Below, piece after piece: positions 11,051-23,195 of a stretch of 51,339 nucleotides of DNA. Position 1 is the first letter of the stretch; every line of letters starts with the position of its first letter. The notes beneath the pieces were generated by a model, which saw only the letters and a list, made by a program, of their open reading frames with translations, was not told where the DNA came from and did no database searches. Origin of the DNA: an uncultured Bacillales bacterium (GTDB taxonomy: Bacteria; Bacillota_I; Bacilli_A; RFN20; CAG-826); contig CAMUVS010000006.1 in assembly GCA_947164155.1 (NCBI GenBank), forward strand, positions 1 through 51,339. Reading direction: 5' to 3'. A program made the translations under genes and the position numbers.

Positions 11051-11683
11051 TTATTCTTTGCTACGAAGAGCTTGCATTTCTTTGTAGCTCTTGAGGTTGT
11101 CTAAGCCTTGGTTAGTCGCTCTAATGATATTGATTGGAGCGCGGCTACCATAGACTTTAGAGCACACGTTTTGTACGCCAGCAAGTTCAAGAATTGCTCT
11201 AACAGGACCACCAGCGATAATACCAGTACCTTCAGGAGCAGGTTTTAAATAAACATTGCAAGCGCCATATTTGCCAACCACTTCGTGGGAAATAGTGTTT
11301 CCTTTAACTAAATGGATGGAATATAACTTTTTACGAGCTTGTTCACTAGCCTTTTTGATGGCATCTGGGACTTCAGCAGCTTTACTTAAAGCAAAGCCAT
11401 AATGTCCTTTATGATCACCAACAACAACAAGGGCGGTGAATTTCATACGACGTCCACCTTTAACGGTTTTAGAAACACGGTTGATGTAAACGACTCTTTC
11501 TTCAAAATCGTCTTTTACTTCTTTACGTTCTCTTCTATCGTCTTTTTTGCCAGGTCTAGCGCCTTTACGGTCACCATGAGGACGTCTATCTCCGCGTGGA
11601 GCTCTTTCTTCTTTAGGAGCTTCGGTGGCTGGAGCTTCTGCTTTTGCTTCTTCTGGAGCAGCAACAACTTTTTCTTCTTCCAT
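11051..11683 (-). CDS. rpsE: 30S ribosomal protein S5 with a long N-terminal extension
   Basis: [16 protein letters not shown]; [12 protein letters not shown]; SD aaggaga before the ATG. Confidence 0.97.
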   Translation of the reverse strand: MEEEKVVAAPEEAKAEAPATEAPKEERAPRGDRRPHGDRKGARPGKKDDRRERKEVKDDFEERVVYINRVSKTVKGGRRMKFTALVVVGDHKGHYGFALSKAAEVPDAIKKASEQARKKLYSIHLVKGNTISHEVVGKYGACNVYLKPAPEGTGIIAGGPVRAILELAGVQNVCSKVYGSRAPINIIRATNQGLDNLKSYKEMQALRSKE

Positions 11684-11697
11684 GATTAATCTCCTTA

Positions 11698-12054
11698 TTA
11701 GAATTCTAAGCCAGCTTCACGAGCGGCTTCAGCAAGGGCTTTGACTCTTCCGTGATAAATATAACCACTTCTATCAAAGACCACTTTCTTAATTTTCTTA
11801 GCTTTAGCTTTTTCAGCTAAATCCGCACCAACTTTACTAGCAGCTTCAATATTGGAGCCATTTTCAAGTTTTAAGCTCATTGAACTAGATGCGACTAAAG
11901 TGACCTTTTTCACATCATCAATAATTTGAGCTTCGATGTTTTTGTTAGAACGATAGACACATAATCTTGGGCAACTACTTGTTCCAGAGACTTTAGCTCT
12001 AACACGGGCATGTCTTCTTTTTCTAGAGACATTTTTGCTTTCTTTAGAAACCAT
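11698..12054 (-). CDS. rplR: 50S ribosomal protein L18
   Basis: [12 protein letters not shown]; [12 protein letters not shown]. Confidence 0.97.
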   Translation of the reverse strand: MVSKESKNVSRKRRHARVRAKVSGTSSCPRLCVYRSNKNIEAQIIDDVKKVTLVASSSMSLKLENGSNIEAASKVGADLAEKAKAKKIKKVVFDRSGYIYHGRVKALAEAAREAGLEF

Positions 12055-12075
12055 TTTATATACCTACCTTTCTAA

Positions 12076-12621
12076 TTATTTCTTACCACCAGCACGTTTA
12101 CCTTCTTTAGTGACAACGTGTTCGTCTTTATAACGAATACCTTTTCCTAAATATGGTTCTGGTGGTCTCACTTCACGGATTCTAGCAGCGGTTTGTCCAA
12201 CTGCTTGCTTGTCAATACCTTCAATGTCGATTTCAGTTGGAGAGACAAGAGTCACTTTGACACCTTCATTTGGTTTGATGGTGATGGTGTGGCTATATCC
12301 AGCCCATAAGACAATGTTATTGCCTTGCATTTGCGCTTTATAACCAATACCTCTCATTTCTAAGGATTTCTTATATCCTTCAGAAACTCCAACAACGGCG
12401 TTATGGATATTAGCACGGGTAGTTCCGTGATTTTGTTTTGTTTGTTTTAAGTCGTTTGCTCTTTTGCACACCACTGATGTTCCTTCGACTTCCACGGAGA
12501 TACCGTGATTCGTAGGAACAACTAAGCTACCTTTAGGACCGCTAACTTTGACGTTAGTGCCTTCAACAGTAACGGTGACTCCAGCAGGAAGAGTAATGTG
12601 TTTGTTACCAATACGTGACAT
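12076..12621 (-). CDS. rplF: 50S ribosomal protein L6
   Basis: MSRIG; RPPEPYLGKGIRY. Confidence 0.97.
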   Translation of the reverse strand: MSRIGNKHITLPAGVTVTVEGTNVKVSGPKGSLVVPTNHGISVEVEGTSVVCKRANDLKQTKQNHGTTRANIHNAVVGVSEGYKKSLEMRGIGYKAQMQGNNIVLWAGYSHTITIKPNEGVKVTLVSPTEIDIEGIDKQAVGQTAARIREVRPPEPYLGKGIRYKDEHVVTKEGKRAGGKK

Positions 12622-12632
12622 AACTTTCCTCC

Positions 12633-13025
12633 TTACCAGACATAAGCAACGACTTCTCCGCCGATTCCTAAGGTACGAGCTTTCGCATCAGTCATCACAC
12701 CTTGGGAAGTAGAGATAATCGCAATTCCTAAGCCTTTTAAAACTCTTGGGAGTTTATCGCAGCCCACGTTCACACGTAAGCCTGGTTTAGAAATTTTCTT
12801 TAAGCCGGAGATGACTCTAGTGCCATCGCTAGCGTATTTTAAGGAAATTGATAATTCTTTTTTAGTGGTTCCTTTGACTTTATAGTCAACAATGAATCCT
12901 TCTTCTTTTAAGATCTTAGCAATTTCCACCTTCATCTTGCTAGAAGGCATTTTTACAGTTTCATATTTTAATGCATTTGCATTTCTAATGCGGGTAAGCA
13001 TATCCGCAATTGGATCTGTCATCAT
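12633..13025 (-). CDS. rpsH: 30S ribosomal protein S8
   Basis: [13 protein letters not shown]; ISKPGLR; GGEVVAYVW. Confidence 0.98.
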   Translation of the reverse strand: MMTDPIADMLTRIRNANALKYETVKMPSSKMKVEIAKILKEEGFIVDYKVKGTTKKELSISLKYASDGTRVISGLKKISKPGLRVNVGCDKLPRVLKGLGIAIISTSQGVMTDAKARTLGIGGEVVAYVW

Positions 13026-13045
13026 AATCGAACTTTACCTCCTTA

Positions 13046-13231
13046 TTACCAAGATGATTTCTTTAAGCCTGGGATTTCTCCCTTGTATGCGAGTTCACGG
13101 ATACAAATACGGCATAAATGGAATTTTGAATAGACAGCATGAGGACGTCCACAACGTTCACAACGTGTGTATTCTCTAACTTTGAATTTCTTTGGTCTCG
13201 CACAGCGGACTTTAGCACTTGTTTTCGCCAT
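13046..13231 (-). CDS. rpsN: 30S ribosomal protein S14, type Z (zinc-binding)
   Basis: 61 aa with RCERCGR...LCRIC. Confidence 0.97.
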   Translation of the reverse strand: MAKTSAKVRCARPKKFKVREYTRCERCGRPHAVYSKFHLCRICIRELAYKGEIPGLKKSSW

Positions 13232-13246
13232 TAGTACATCCTCCTA

Positions 13247-13945
13247 TTATCTTGAGAAAGGCATACCTAATAATTCTAATAAGGTATACGCTTCTTTATC
13301 AGTTTTAGCGGTAGTAACGACAACAACGTCCATACCTCTAACTTTTGAAACTTTATCGTAGTCAATTTCTGGGAAAATTAATTGTTCTTTGACACCTAAG
13401 GTGTAATTACCACGACCGTCAAAGGCGTTTTTAGATACACCACGGAAGTCACGAACACGAGGGAGAGCGATTGACACTAATTTGTCAAAGAAGTCCCACA
13501 TTCTAATTCCTCTAAGAGTGACTTTACAGCCAATGGCTTGGCCTTCTCTTAATTTGAAGCTAGCGATGGATTTCTTAGCTTTAGTGATCACAGGTTTTTG
13601 ACCAGTGATTTGAGTAAGTTCAGCGACAGCTTCTTCAAGTCGTTTGGCATCTTGAGTGGCATCACCAACACCGATGTTCACAACGATTTTATCTAAACCA
13701 GGAATTTCCATGACACTGGAGTATTTATATTGCTCCATAAGAGCTTTTTTCACTTCAGTTTCATATCTAACTTGTAATCTATTGACTACAGCGGCCTTTT
13801 TATTTCCGGTTTTAGCCTTTGGGGCTTTAGGAGCAGCTTTAGGTGCTTCTACTTTTGCTTCTGCAGGTTTTTCCGCTTTTGGTGCAGCAGGTTTTTTTGC
13901 TGTACTTGCTGGCTTTTTGGCTGCAGGTTTATTAGCTTCTGCCAT
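13247..13945 (-). CDS. rplE: 50S ribosomal protein L5 with a ~50-aa Ala/Lys/Pro N-terminal extension
   Basis: LPRVRDFRG; [10 protein letters not shown]; SD aggaggt before the extended start. Confidence 0.97.
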   Translation of the reverse strand: MAEANKPAAKKPASTAKKPAAPKAEKPAEAKVEAPKAAPKAPKAKTGNKKAAVVNRLQVRYETEVKKALMEQYKYSSVMEIPGLDKIVVNIGVGDATQDAKRLEEAVAELTQITGQKPVITKAKKSIASFKLREGQAIGCKVTLRGIRMWDFFDKLVSIALPRVRDFRGVSKNAFDGRGNYTLGVKEQLIFPEIDYDKVSKVRGMDVVVVTTAKTDKEAYTLLELLGMPFSR

Positions 13946-13959
13946 ATTTAGCTACCTCC

Positions 13960-14265
13960 TTATAATTCAGTGCCGCTAGCTTTAGCGACTCTGACTTTCT
14001 TTCCTTTAACAACCTTATGGCCAACTCTAGTTGGTTTTTTGGTTTTTGGATCAACAAGCATGACGTTAGAAGCATCAATTGGAGCGTAAATCTCGACGAT
14101 ACTTCCTTCTGGAGTTTGTTGAGTTGGTTTTTTGTGTTTCTTACGGAGATTGACACCTTCGACAACCACACGGTTAGTTTTTGGATCAACCTTTTGGATT
14201 GTTCCAGTCTTTCCCTTGTCTTTGCCAGAGATGACAATGACTTTATCACCTTTTAATAATTTCAT
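13960..14265 (-). CDS. rplX: 50S ribosomal protein L24
   Basis: KOW motif [14 protein letters not shown]; PIDASNV. Confidence 0.97.
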   Translation of the reverse strand: MKLLKGDKVIVISGKDKGKTGTIQKVDPKTNRVVVEGVNLRKKHKKPTQQTPEGSIVEIYAPIDASNVMLVDPKTKKPTRVGHKVVKGKKVRVAKASGTEL

Positions 14266-14278
14266 TGTTTACTCCTCC

Positions 14279-14656
14279 TTATAACACTTCTGGAGCAAGG
14301 GAGAGGATTTTCATAAATCCATCAATACCCTTCTCTCTTAACTCACGGGCCACAGGTCCAAAGACACGTGTTCCGACTGGGGCATTATCATCGTTAATGA
14401 TAACAACTGCGTTATCATCAAAGGCGATGGTGCTGCCGTCAGCTCTTTGAGTTGGTTTTTTACATCTCACGATGACGCATCTGACAATGTCACCTTTTTT
14501 CACTTTTCCATTTGGAATAGCTTCTTTAACGGAACATTGGATGATATCACCGATATAAGATGTTTTTCTTTTACTTCCTCCGTAGAGGGTGAAAGCGCGA
14601 ACTTTACGAGCGCCACTATTATCAGCGACAACAAGATTTGTTTCCTTCTGGATCAT
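14279..14656 (-). CDS. rplN: 50S ribosomal protein L14
   Basis: VADNSGA; [13 protein letters not shown]; LSLAPEVL. Confidence 0.98.
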   Translation of the reverse strand: MIQKETNLVVADNSGARKVRAFTLYGGSKRKTSYIGDIIQCSVKEAIPNGKVKKGDIVRCVIVRCKKPTQRADGSTIAFDDNAVVIINDDNAPVGTRVFGPVARELREKGIDGFMKILSLAPEVL

Positions 14657-14658
14657 AA

Positions 14659-15054
14659 TTATTCGGCCTCCTTTTCTTCTTTAGCTGGTTCTGCTTCTTC
14701 AACTTTCTCTGCTGCAGGTTTCTCTTCGACTTCTTCAGCAGGAATTTCACCAGTAAGAATTTCTTCTTTTAATTCTTTTTCTGCCTCTTTAACAGACATT
14801 TCGGCAGTCTTATCGATTGAGACTAATCTCCATCTTTTGGTAGCGGAGAGTTTTCTAGTTTCCATGATGGTCACGACATCTCCAACTTTAGCCTCATTCT
14901 TTTCATCGTGCGCGTAATACTTCTTTCTATATTTAACGCGCTTGCCATACTTAGCGTGTTTTTTGTGAGTTTCAACAAGGACACCGATGGTCTTGTCGTT
15001 TTTATCACTAACAACTACGCCTTGAATGGAACGTCTTAAGTTTCTTTCTTCCAT
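14659..15054 (-). CDS. rpsQ: 30S ribosomal protein S17 with an acidic C-terminal tail
   Basis: [11 protein letters not shown]; [13 protein letters not shown]; ~45-aa Glu-rich tail. Confidence 0.96.
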   Translation of the reverse strand: MEERNLRRSIQGVVVSDKNDKTIGVLVETHKKHAKYGKRVKYRKKYYAHDEKNEAKVGDVVTIMETRKLSATKRWRLVSIDKTAEMSVKEAEKELKEEILTGEIPAEEVEEKPAAEKVEEAEPAKEEKEAE

Positions 15055-15068
15055 TTTTAACGATCTCC

Positions 15069-15269
15069 TTATTTAGATTCATTTAATTCTCTTTCACGTA
15101 ACACCATGTTTACGCGGGCGATATCTTTTCTCACGCCAATGACTTCTTCTCCTCTTTCAAGAGTTCCGACAGCTTTTTTACGTCTTAACTCGAAGAGTTG
15201 TTCTTTTAATGAGTAGAGCTTTTCTTTAAGTTCACTCGTAGACATTTCACGGACTTCACTAATTTTCAT
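15069..15269 (-). CDS. rpmC: 50S ribosomal protein L29
   Basis: [17 protein letters not shown]; canonical position. Confidence 0.95.
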   Translation of the reverse strand: MKISEVREMSTSELKEKLYSLKEQLFELRRKKAVGTLERGEEVIGVRKDIARVNMVLRERELNESK

Positions 15270-15274
15270 TGCTA

Positions 15275-15685
15275 CTACTCTCCTTTTCCGACAACTTTAC
15301 ATTTGATTGGGAGTTTATAAGCAGCAAGTCTAAGAGCTTCTCTTGCGACTTCGGCTTCAACGCCACCAATTTCAAACATTACTTGTCCTTGTTTAACTAC
15401 TGCGACCCAGTCTTCTGGAGATCCTTTACCAGATCCCATACGAACTTCGGCAGGTTTCTTTGTTTTTGCTAAGTGAGGGAAAATTCTAATCCAAATTTGT
15501 CCTCCACGTTTGGTATATCTAGATAATACAATACGGGCAGCTTCGATTTGTCTTGTGGTAATCCAAGCACCTTCAAGGGCTTGTAAACCAAATTCACCAA
15601 AGCTGATTTCTGTACCGCCTTTTGCGTGTCCTTCATATTTAATAATATGTGGACGACGATATTTCACTCTGTTTGGTTGTAACAT
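15275..15685 (-). CDS. rplP: 50S ribosomal protein L16
   Basis: QIEAAR; EVRMGSGKG; YKLP. Confidence 0.98.
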   Translation of the reverse strand: MLQPNRVKYRRPHIIKYEGHAKGGTEISFGEFGLQALEGAWITTRQIEAARIVLSRYTKRGGQIWIRIFPHLAKTKKPAEVRMGSGKGSPEDWVAVVKQGQVMFEIGGVEAEVAREALRLAAYKLPIKCKVVGKGE

Positions 15686-15688
15686 CTC

Positions 15689-16360
15689 TTACTCTCCCTT
15701 CTCGCTTTTCTTAAGTTCTGGGCGGATTTCTCCTCTACAGATCCAGACCTTAACACCTAAGCGGCCATATTGAGTAGCTGCTTCACTGACTGCGTAATCG
15801 ATATCACTTCTAAGGGTGTGTAGAGGAATAACTCCTTCTTTATAGCCTTCGCTTCTAGCGATATCAGCACCACCAAGTCTACCAGAGACCATGGTTCTAC
15901 ATCCTTTAGCGCCAGCTTTTCTCACTCTTTGAATAGCTTTCTTTTGCACAGTTCTGAAGCTTGCTCTTTCTTCTAATTGTTTTGCAATTGTTTGGGCAAC
16001 GATTGTCGCATCTAAGTCAGGATTCTTGACTTCCACTACGTCCACGCGCACGCTCTTATTTTTAATTAATTTAGCGAGTGCTTCTTTTAAGGCTAAGATG
16101 TTTTTACCATCTTGACCAATAACAACACCTGGACGAGCAACGAATGTTTTGACGACAACACTAGTGCCTTTATCTGTTTTGGTTCTTTCGATTTCAACAT
16201 GAGATAATAATGCTTCTTTTAAAGAACTTGCGAGATATTTACGAATTTTAACGTCTTCATTTAAGTAGACAGGGTATTCTTTGTCTTCGGCGAACCAACG
16301 AGAATTCCAATCCTTGTTGACACCGATACGCATACCTACTGGATTAACTTTTTGACCCAT
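15689..16360 (-). CDS. rpsC: 30S ribosomal protein S3
   Basis: MGQKVNP; SGRLGGADIARSE; PLHTLR. Confidence 0.98.
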   Translation of the reverse strand: MGQKVNPVGMRIGVNKDWNSRWFAEDKEYPVYLNEDVKIRKYLASSLKEALLSHVEIERTKTDKGTSVVVKTFVARPGVVIGQDGKNILALKEALAKLIKNKSVRVDVVEVKNPDLDATIVAQTIAKQLEERASFRTVQKKAIQRVRKAGAKGCRTMVSGRLGGADIARSEGYKEGVIPLHTLRSDIDYAVSEAATQYGRLGVKVWICRGEIRPELKKSEKGE

Positions 16361-16373
16361 TGTATCTATCTCC

Positions 16374-16856
16374 TTATCTCATTTTGACCACCACAGTAAT
16401 GTGGCAGCATCTTTTCACTAAACCAGAAGCGGAACCTTTTGCTCTTGGTAAGTATCTTCTCATTTTTAAGCCATCATTAGCATAGATTTCTTTGACATAT
16501 AATTTGTCTTCATCCATACCGAAGTTATTGATAGCATTTGCCGCAGCGGACTTAATTACTTTAGTAACTGGTTCACATGCTGCACGGTTGATGTTTCTTA
16601 ATAAACCTAAGGCAACTTTGACATCCTTACCTCTCACTTGGTCGATGACTAAGCGAGCTTTTCTAGGAGTTAAGCGAACGTTTGTCGCGGTCGCTCTTGC
16701 TTCTGTTGGCATTGGCTTTTTAGGAGCTTCAACCTTCTTATCTTCTTTTTTAGCCTTTTTGGCTTTAGGAGCTTCTTCTACTGGAGCAACTTCTTTGACT
16801 TCTGCTTCGGCTTTTTTGCTTGCCTTCTTAGCAGGGGCTTTCTTTGTTTCTGCCAT
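16374..16856 (-). CDS. rplV: 50S ribosomal protein L22 with a ~50-aa N-terminal extension
   Basis: TPRKARLV; SAAANA; PRAKGSA; SD aggaggt before the extended start. Confidence 0.96.
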   Translation of the reverse strand: MAETKKAPAKKASKKAEAEVKEVAPVEEAPKAKKAKKEDKKVEAPKKPMPTEARATATNVRLTPRKARLVIDQVRGKDVKVALGLLRNINRAACEPVTKVIKSAAANAINNFGMDEDKLYVKEIYANDGLKMRRYLPRAKGSASGLVKRCCHITVVVKMR

Positions 16857-16871
16857 TATTAGAACCTCCTA

Positions 16872-17165
16872 TTATTTACCAGCCGCAGCTGCTTTATCTT
16901 CAGCAGTGTGGCCTGTATGACCGGTGTATTTTCTGGTTGGAGAGAATTCACCGAGTTTATGTCCTACCATATCATCTGTGACGTAAACGGAGATGTGTTC
17001 TTTTCCGTTATAGACCGCGAAGGTGTGTCCGACGAATGATGGGTAGATTGTAGAACGGCGGGACCATGTCTTAATGACTTCTTTTTTGCCAGCAGCATTT
17101 AAAGCTTCGACTTTTTTCATTAAGTGTTCATCACAGAATGCGCCTTTTTTCAAACTTCTTGCCAT
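16872..17165 (-). CDS. rpsS: 30S ribosomal protein S19
   Basis: KTWSRRSTI; [13 protein letters not shown]. Confidence 0.98.
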   Translation of the reverse strand: MARSLKKGAFCDEHLMKKVEALNAAGKKEVIKTWSRRSTIYPSFVGHTFAVYNGKEHISVYVTDDMVGHKLGEFSPTRKYTGHTGHTAEDKAAAAGK

Positions 17166-17178
17166 TTGCGTTTACCTC

Positions 17179-18012
17179 CTATTTCGCGTTACGTCTACGA
17201 ATAATTAATTTAGTAGACTTTTTCTTATTATTTCTGGTCTTAACACCCATTGCACGTTTACCCCAAGGAGTTCTTGGTGCATCACGTCCAACTGGACATT
17301 TACCTTCACCACCACCATGTGGGTGATCGTTAGGGTTCATAACGGAACCTCTAACTGTTGGTCTAGTACCGTACCATCTGGTTTTACCAGCTTTACCAAG
17401 ATTGATTAAGTTCCAATCTTCGTTACCAACGGTACCAACTGTCGCTCTACAAGTTGCGAGAACTTTTCTCATTTCTCCACTTGCGAGTCTAAGCATGACA
17501 TATTTGCCTTCGCTACCGAGGACTTGAGCAGCCGCTCCAGCAGCACGACATAATTGTCCGCCTTTTCCTGGAACTAATTCGACGTTATGGACGAATGTAC
17601 CTTCAGGAATGTTCTTTAATGTAAGGGCATTACCGGTTTTAATATCAGCGGTTTCCCCAGATATGATTTTATCCCCGACTTTGAGATCTTTAGGTGCTAA
17701 GATGTATCTCTTTTCACCATCTAAGTAAGCGACTAAGCAGATGTTAGCGTTACGGTTTGGATCGTACTCAACAGTCTTTACAACAGCAGGGATATTGTCC
17801 TTATTACGTTTGAAGTCAATTACACGATATTTACGTTTGTGACCTCCACCAATGTGACGGCAGGTAATAACGCCTTGGTTATTTCTTCCGCCAGATTTGG
17901 ATAAGCTGACTAATAAACTTTTTTCAGGAGTGCTTGTTGTAATTTCTTCGAATGTCGAGTTTGTCATGTTTCGTCTACTTGCAGAAGTAGGCTTGTAAGT
18001 TCTAATTGACAT
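17179..18012 (-). CDS. rplB: 50S ribosomal protein L2
   Basis: EYDPNR; [13 protein letters not shown]. Confidence 0.98.
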   Translation of the reverse strand: MSIRTYKPTSASRRNMTNSTFEEITTSTPEKSLLVSLSKSGGRNNQGVITCRHIGGGHKRKYRVIDFKRNKDNIPAVVKTVEYDPNRNANICLVAYLDGEKRYILAPKDLKVGDKIISGETADIKTGNALTLKNIPEGTFVHNVELVPGKGGQLCRAAGAAAQVLGSEGKYVMLRLASGEMRKVLATCRATVGTVGNEDWNLINLGKAGKTRWYGTRPTVRGSVMNPNDHPHGGGEGKCPVGRDAPRTPWGKRAMGVKTRNNKKKSTKLIIRRRNAK

Positions 18013-18049
18013 TACTTTTTCCTCCTATAGTTTGAGAATATGAACTTGA

Positions 18050-18391
18050 TTATTCTCTGAATAAGTCGATTGCTTCACCACTTGCGATAGTGACAATCGC
18101 TTTCTTATAGCCTTGGATGTATCCGTGATAACGGGTACCTCTTGTTGTGGCTTTAGCGTGGACGTTAACGATTCTGACATCAACAACTTTCACTTGGAAG
18201 ATTCTTTCAAATGCAAGTTTGACTTCAGTCTTGTTAGCATCTTTTGCGACTTTAACAGTGACTTTGTTGCTGTTTTGCATACCTGCCATACTCTTTTCAG
18301 TGATGACTGGCTTTAAGATTACAGCAAAGTCTCTTTCTGTTGGTTTTTGGAAGCTACTTTTTGGAGCTTCAACTTTCTTCTTGGCTGCCAT
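18050..18391 (-). CDS. rplW: 50S ribosomal protein L23 with a short N-terminal extension
   Basis: PVITEKS; ANKTEVK; YKKAIV. Confidence 0.96.
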   Translation of the reverse strand: MAAKKKVEAPKSSFQKPTERDFAVILKPVITEKSMAGMQNSNKVTVKVAKDANKTEVKLAFERIFQVKVVDVRIVNVHAKATTRGTRYHGYIQGYKKAIVTIASGEAIDLFRE

Positions 18392-19029
18392 TATTTAAGT
18401 GCCTCCTCAACTTCTTTAACTGCGGCTTCACTCATAACTAATTTCTCAGCATTTAATAAGTCAAATACAGAGACGTTATCAGTGGTAACCACTTTGGCGT
18501 AATTTACGTTACGCACGCTGGCGAATAAATTCTCATCAATTTCGCTCACAACCACGAGAGTCTTAACTTCGGATTTAAGAGCAGCAAGCATCTTGACGAA
18601 TTCTTTAGTCTTTTTACCTTCGAATTTGATTTCGTTAACAACAACGAGATCTTTTGGGGTCTTAAGAGATAAAGCGCTTCTTAAGGCTAATTGATGTTCT
18701 TTTCTGTTTTGGGATAATGTGAAGTTTTGGTTACCAACTGGTCCAAATACTGTTCCACCACCAACCCAGATTGGGGATCTAGAGCTACCAGCACGGGCTC
18801 TACCTGTTCCCTTTTGTCTCCATGGTTTCTTACCACCACCAGAGACTTCGTGTCTAACTTTGGTCTTAGCAGTTGCTTGACGTTGGTTAGCTTGCTCGAC
18901 TTGGACGGCGTTGAACATTGCTTGTTTGTGTGGTTCGACAGCGAACACAGCACCATTTAAGCTTAATTTGCCAACTTCTTCGCCGGCCATGTTAAGAACT
19001 TTAACACTGACGGTTTTCTTTTCTGACAT
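18391..19029 (-). CDS. rplD: 50S ribosomal protein L4
   Basis: GGGKKPWRQKGTGRARAGS. Confidence 0.98.
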   Translation of the reverse strand: MSEKKTVSVKVLNMAGEEVGKLSLNGAVFAVEPHKQAMFNAVQVEQANQRQATAKTKVRHEVSGGGKKPWRQKGTGRARAGSSRSPIWVGGGTVFGPVGNQNFTLSQNRKEHQLALRSALSLKTPKDLVVVNEIKFEGKKTKEFVKMLAALKSEVKTLVVVSEIDENLFASVRNVNYAKVVTTDNVSVFDLLNAEKLVMSEAAVKEVEEALK

Positions 19030-19046
19030 AATGTTCTCCTTTCGTC

Positions 19047-19790
19047 CTATTCAGCTTTTGCTTCTTCAGCAACAGGAGCTTCTACTGGAGCTTCTTCTGC
19101 TTTAGGAGCTTCAACCTTTTTAACTCTTTGAATTAAAGGTTTAACACTTTCTTTGTTTTTGACTGTCTTAATTGCGGAACGGATTGTCACAATGCTCTTC
19201 TTGGAGCCTGGTAAACCGCCTTTAATTAAGATATAGCCTTTTTCGGCATCAACCTTGACCACTAATAAGTTTAATAAAGTGGCAGATTTGTTACCGTGAT
19301 GTCCAGACATGTGTTTGCCTGGCATAACACCGTGGTTATAACGACCGTTATTAGCGAAGGAACCTTGTCCTCTGTGATAACCTGAACCATGTCCTTTTGG
19401 ACCGATGTGCATATGCCATCTTTTAATAGTTCCAGTATAACCATGACCTTTACTAGTTCCGATAACATCAACGACGTCACCAGCTTGGAACATATCGGCT
19501 TTAATGAGATCACCTAATTGGTAAGAACCCATTTCATCGCCTCTTAATTCCGCGGACACGTAATGTGGAACGGTATTGGCTTTCTTTGCAATGCCTTTTT
19601 CTGCTTTGTTAGCACGAGATTCTTTCTTTTCTTCGTAACCAACTTGGACAGCGACATAGCCATCTTTCTCTAAGGTTTTAACTTGTGTAACAACGTTTGG
19701 TAAGACTTCAACGACTGTCACTGGGTATAAGGTACCATCTTCAGCGAAGACAGAAGTCATGCCCATTTTACGACCTAAAATTGCTTTCAT
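19047..19790 (-). CDS. rplC: 50S ribosomal protein L3 with a C-terminal extension
   Basis: LGRKMGMT; DGYVAVQ; SKGHG..G.IKR; HGS. Confidence 0.97.
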   Translation of the reverse strand: MKAILGRKMGMTSVFAEDGTLYPVTVVEVLPNVVTQVKTLEKDGYVAVQVGYEEKKESRANKAEKGIAKKANTVPHYVSAELRGDEMGSYQLGDLIKADMFQAGDVVDVIGTSKGHGYTGTIKRWHMHIGPKGHGSGYHRGQGSFANNGRYNHGVMPGKHMSGHHGNKSATLLNLLVVKVDAEKGYILIKGGLPGSKKSIVTIRSAIKTVKNKESVKPLIQRVKKVEAPKAEEAPVEAPVAEEAKAE

Positions 19791-19804
19791 TTCGTCTTAC
19801 CTCC

Positions 19805-20116
19805 TTAAAGTTTAATTTCGATATCTACTCCTGAAGGTAAGTCTAAGTTCTTGAGAGCTTCAAGAGTTTCCTTCTTTGGATTTGTAATATCGATAATTCT
19901 TTTGTGTGTTCTAATTTCGAATTGTTCACGAGAATCTTTGTACTTGTGAACCGCTCTTAAAATGGTAAACACTTGTTTTTCCGTTGGTAGTGGGATAGGG
20001 CCAACAACGGTCGCCCCAGAGTTCTTCGCTACTTGAACGATTCTCTCAGCAGATAAATCAAGGTTAACGTGATCATAAGCTTTGAGACGAACTCTAATCT
20101 TAGTAGTTTTTGCCAT
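19805..20116 (-). CDS. rpsJ: 30S ribosomal protein S10 (true start at 20116)
   Basis: [10 protein letters not shown]; GPIPLPT; SREQFE; SD taggagg upstream of MAKTTK. Confidence 0.97.
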   Translation of the reverse strand: MAKTTKIRVRLKAYDHVNLDLSAERIVQVAKNSGATVVGPIPLPTEKQVFTILRAVHKYKDSREQFEIRTHKRIIDITNPKKETLEALKNLDLPSGVDIEIKL

Positions 20117-20124
20117 GAAATTTC

Positions 20125-20240
20125 CTCCTATATCACTTTCAGGCTTTGACCTCACTCTCTCAGTACGAATTCCCAGATACACCTTCATGACAACGCCTGT
20201 GGGTGTGTCCGCAACCTCGCACGTCAACGCGAGCAGTCAA
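20125..20240 (-). promoter_or_regulatory. Structured 5' leader of the S10 operon
   Basis: GC-rich island in AT-rich intergenic DNA; reads gcgaggttgcggacacaccc...catgaaggtgt, which as recalled resembles the Firmicutes rpsJ leader; ACACC/GGTGT can pair. Confidence 0.65.
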
Positions 20241-20247
20241 CGTTCAA

Positions 20248-20277
20248 ATACTACTCTTATGCGTATGTATGTGTCAA
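20248..20277 (-). promoter_or_regulatory. Sigma-70/SigA promoter of the S10 operon
   Basis: TTGACA-18 nt-TAGTAT on the minus strand, with an AT-rich UP-like tract upstream. Confidence 0.7.
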
Positions 20278-20399
20278 TAATTTATTTATAAATATTTTTA
20301 ATAGATAAAAGTACGTCTGAAAAAAGTACAAAAAAATATCAAATTTTTACGCCAACTATGATTTTAGATGGCTTATTTTTGATATTTTGACTCTTAATT

Positions 20400-21041
20400 T
20401 TAGTTACTTTTTGACTTTAGCTTCTTTTGGTATGCTTCATAAGAGTATTTGCAGCCGCAATACTCCTGAAAATACATCTCATGTTCTTTAATAATTATCA
20501 GAGATTTTTCATAGCCATCATTTTTCTTAAAATCAGCATATAACCATTTAGTTGTAGGGTAGTCTAATTGTAATTTTTTACCTATTTTATTAATATCTTG
20601 AGCATTTTTGTATCTCGAGATTGTCATCACTGTTCCATAGTAATCAAAATGATGTTTACTAGCGTATTCAAAACCTTCTTTTAAGCGCTTATTAAAGCAG
20701 ATTCGACATCTTTCATGACCTTCTTTATCATCTTTATGAGGTTCTAAATCTAAATTATATGTTTCATTATCATATTTGGTCTCAATAACTTTAATATTTG
20801 CTCCAATTTCTTTGATATAGTGCTTAAGTTCTTCTAGTCTACGATCATGTTCTTGCTTAGGATAGATGTTAGAGTTGTTATATAGGATTGTGATATCAAA
20901 ATAATCCTTGAGTAATTCATAAGGAATAGTGAAACAAGGACCACAGCAAGCATGTAACAAAAGAGTGGCCTTTTTACCACTATTTTTTATATTTTCTACT
21001 TCAATTTCGAACTTTTTTTGATAATTTATTCTATTTTCCAT
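20400..21041 (-). CDS. queH: Epoxyqueuosine reductase QueH (DUF208)
   Basis: [17 protein letters not shown]...R, RC.ICF..RL and YFQEYCGC motifs; clustered with queA and tgt. Confidence 0.9.
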   Translation of the reverse strand: MENRINYQKKFEIEVENIKNSGKKATLLLHACCGPCFTIPYELLKDYFDITILYNNSNIYPKQEHDRRLEELKHYIKEIGANIKVIETKYDNETYNLDLEPHKDDKEGHERCRICFNKRLKEGFEYASKHHFDYYGTVMTISRYKNAQDINKIGKKLQLDYPTTKWLYADFKKNDGYEKSLIIIKEHEMYFQEYCGCKYSYEAYQKKLKSKSN

Positions 21042-22061
21042 AAATGATCATCGAGTCGCCAAAGGAGAAAAATCTATATCTTTCATCCACAGCATGCTTA
21101 TAAACTTCAAGTGTATATTCTCTTCCTAAAAATGCAGAAACAAGCATAATCAAAGTCGATTTTGGAAGATGAAAATTCGTTATAATACAATCGACCGCTT
21201 TAAATTCATAACCAGGTTTAATAAAGATATTAGTTTCCTTTTTAATCGGAGTAAATTTGCCAAATTCTTGCATATTTGCTTCTAAAGTTCTAACCGAAGT
21301 TGTCCCAATGGCTATAATTCTTCTTTTTTCTTCTTTAGCCTTGTTTAAAATTTCACAAGCTTCACTAGAAATTTCATATAGTTCGCTGTGCATGACATGA
21401 TTATCAGTATCTTCGACTTTTATTGGCCTAAAAGTACCAAGTCCAATATGTAGTGTAATGTCTACAACAGTTATTCCCTTAGCTTTTATCTTATCAAATA
21501 GCTCTTCTGTAAAGTGAAATCCAGCAGTAGGGGCTGCTGCACTACCTTCATATTTTGCATAGACTGTTTGATATCTATCATTAGTGCATAATTGTTCTTT
21601 AATATATGGAGGAAGAGGCATCTTACCTAAAGAATCGAGTACCTCTAGGAATATTCCTTTATAGTGGAACTTCACTAAACGTAGTCCTTCTTCTTTTTCT
21701 TTGACTACTTCACCAATTAATTTACCTTCTCCAAAATTAATTTTTGCACCAACCTTTAATGATTTAGCGGGTTTGGTGAGACATTCCCAGATATCATCCT
21801 CAACTTGTTTAAGTAAAAGAAGTTCACAGTGGGCTCCTGTAATTTCTTTAATTCCAATAAGTCTAGCAGGGATAACTTTAGTATTGTTTCTAACTAAAAC
21901 ATCTCCTGGTCTTAAATATTCAAGGATGTCATAAAAATGTCTATCTTCATAAGTTTTAGTGTCTTTATTAATTGCTAATAAACGAGAATGATCCCTTTTA
22001 TCACTTGGTTTTTGGGCAATTAGTTCTTCAGGCAAATAAAAATCAAATAGATTAATATCCA

Positions 22062-22062
<1 letters not shown>
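21031..22062 (-). CDS. queA: S-adenosylmethionine:tRNA ribosyltransferase-isomerase
   Basis: [44 protein letters not shown]. Confidence 0.97.

Positions 22063-23195
<1,133 letters not shown>

Noticed and set aside
20117-20227. 37-aa N-terminal extension of S10 in the ORF track
   Set aside because: A strong SD precedes the ATG at 20116, and the upstream sequence is better explained as the leader RNA.
6220-20291. Many plus-strand and alternate-frame ORFs within the ribosomal operon (e.g. 14447-14917, 16492-16920, 13932-14249)
   Set aside because: Shadow ORFs of highly biased genes, with no recognisable motifs or RBS.
20333-20388. Long interrupted inverted repeat after queH
   Set aside because: Mostly A/T pairs; at most a weak terminator, not supportable as a distinct element.
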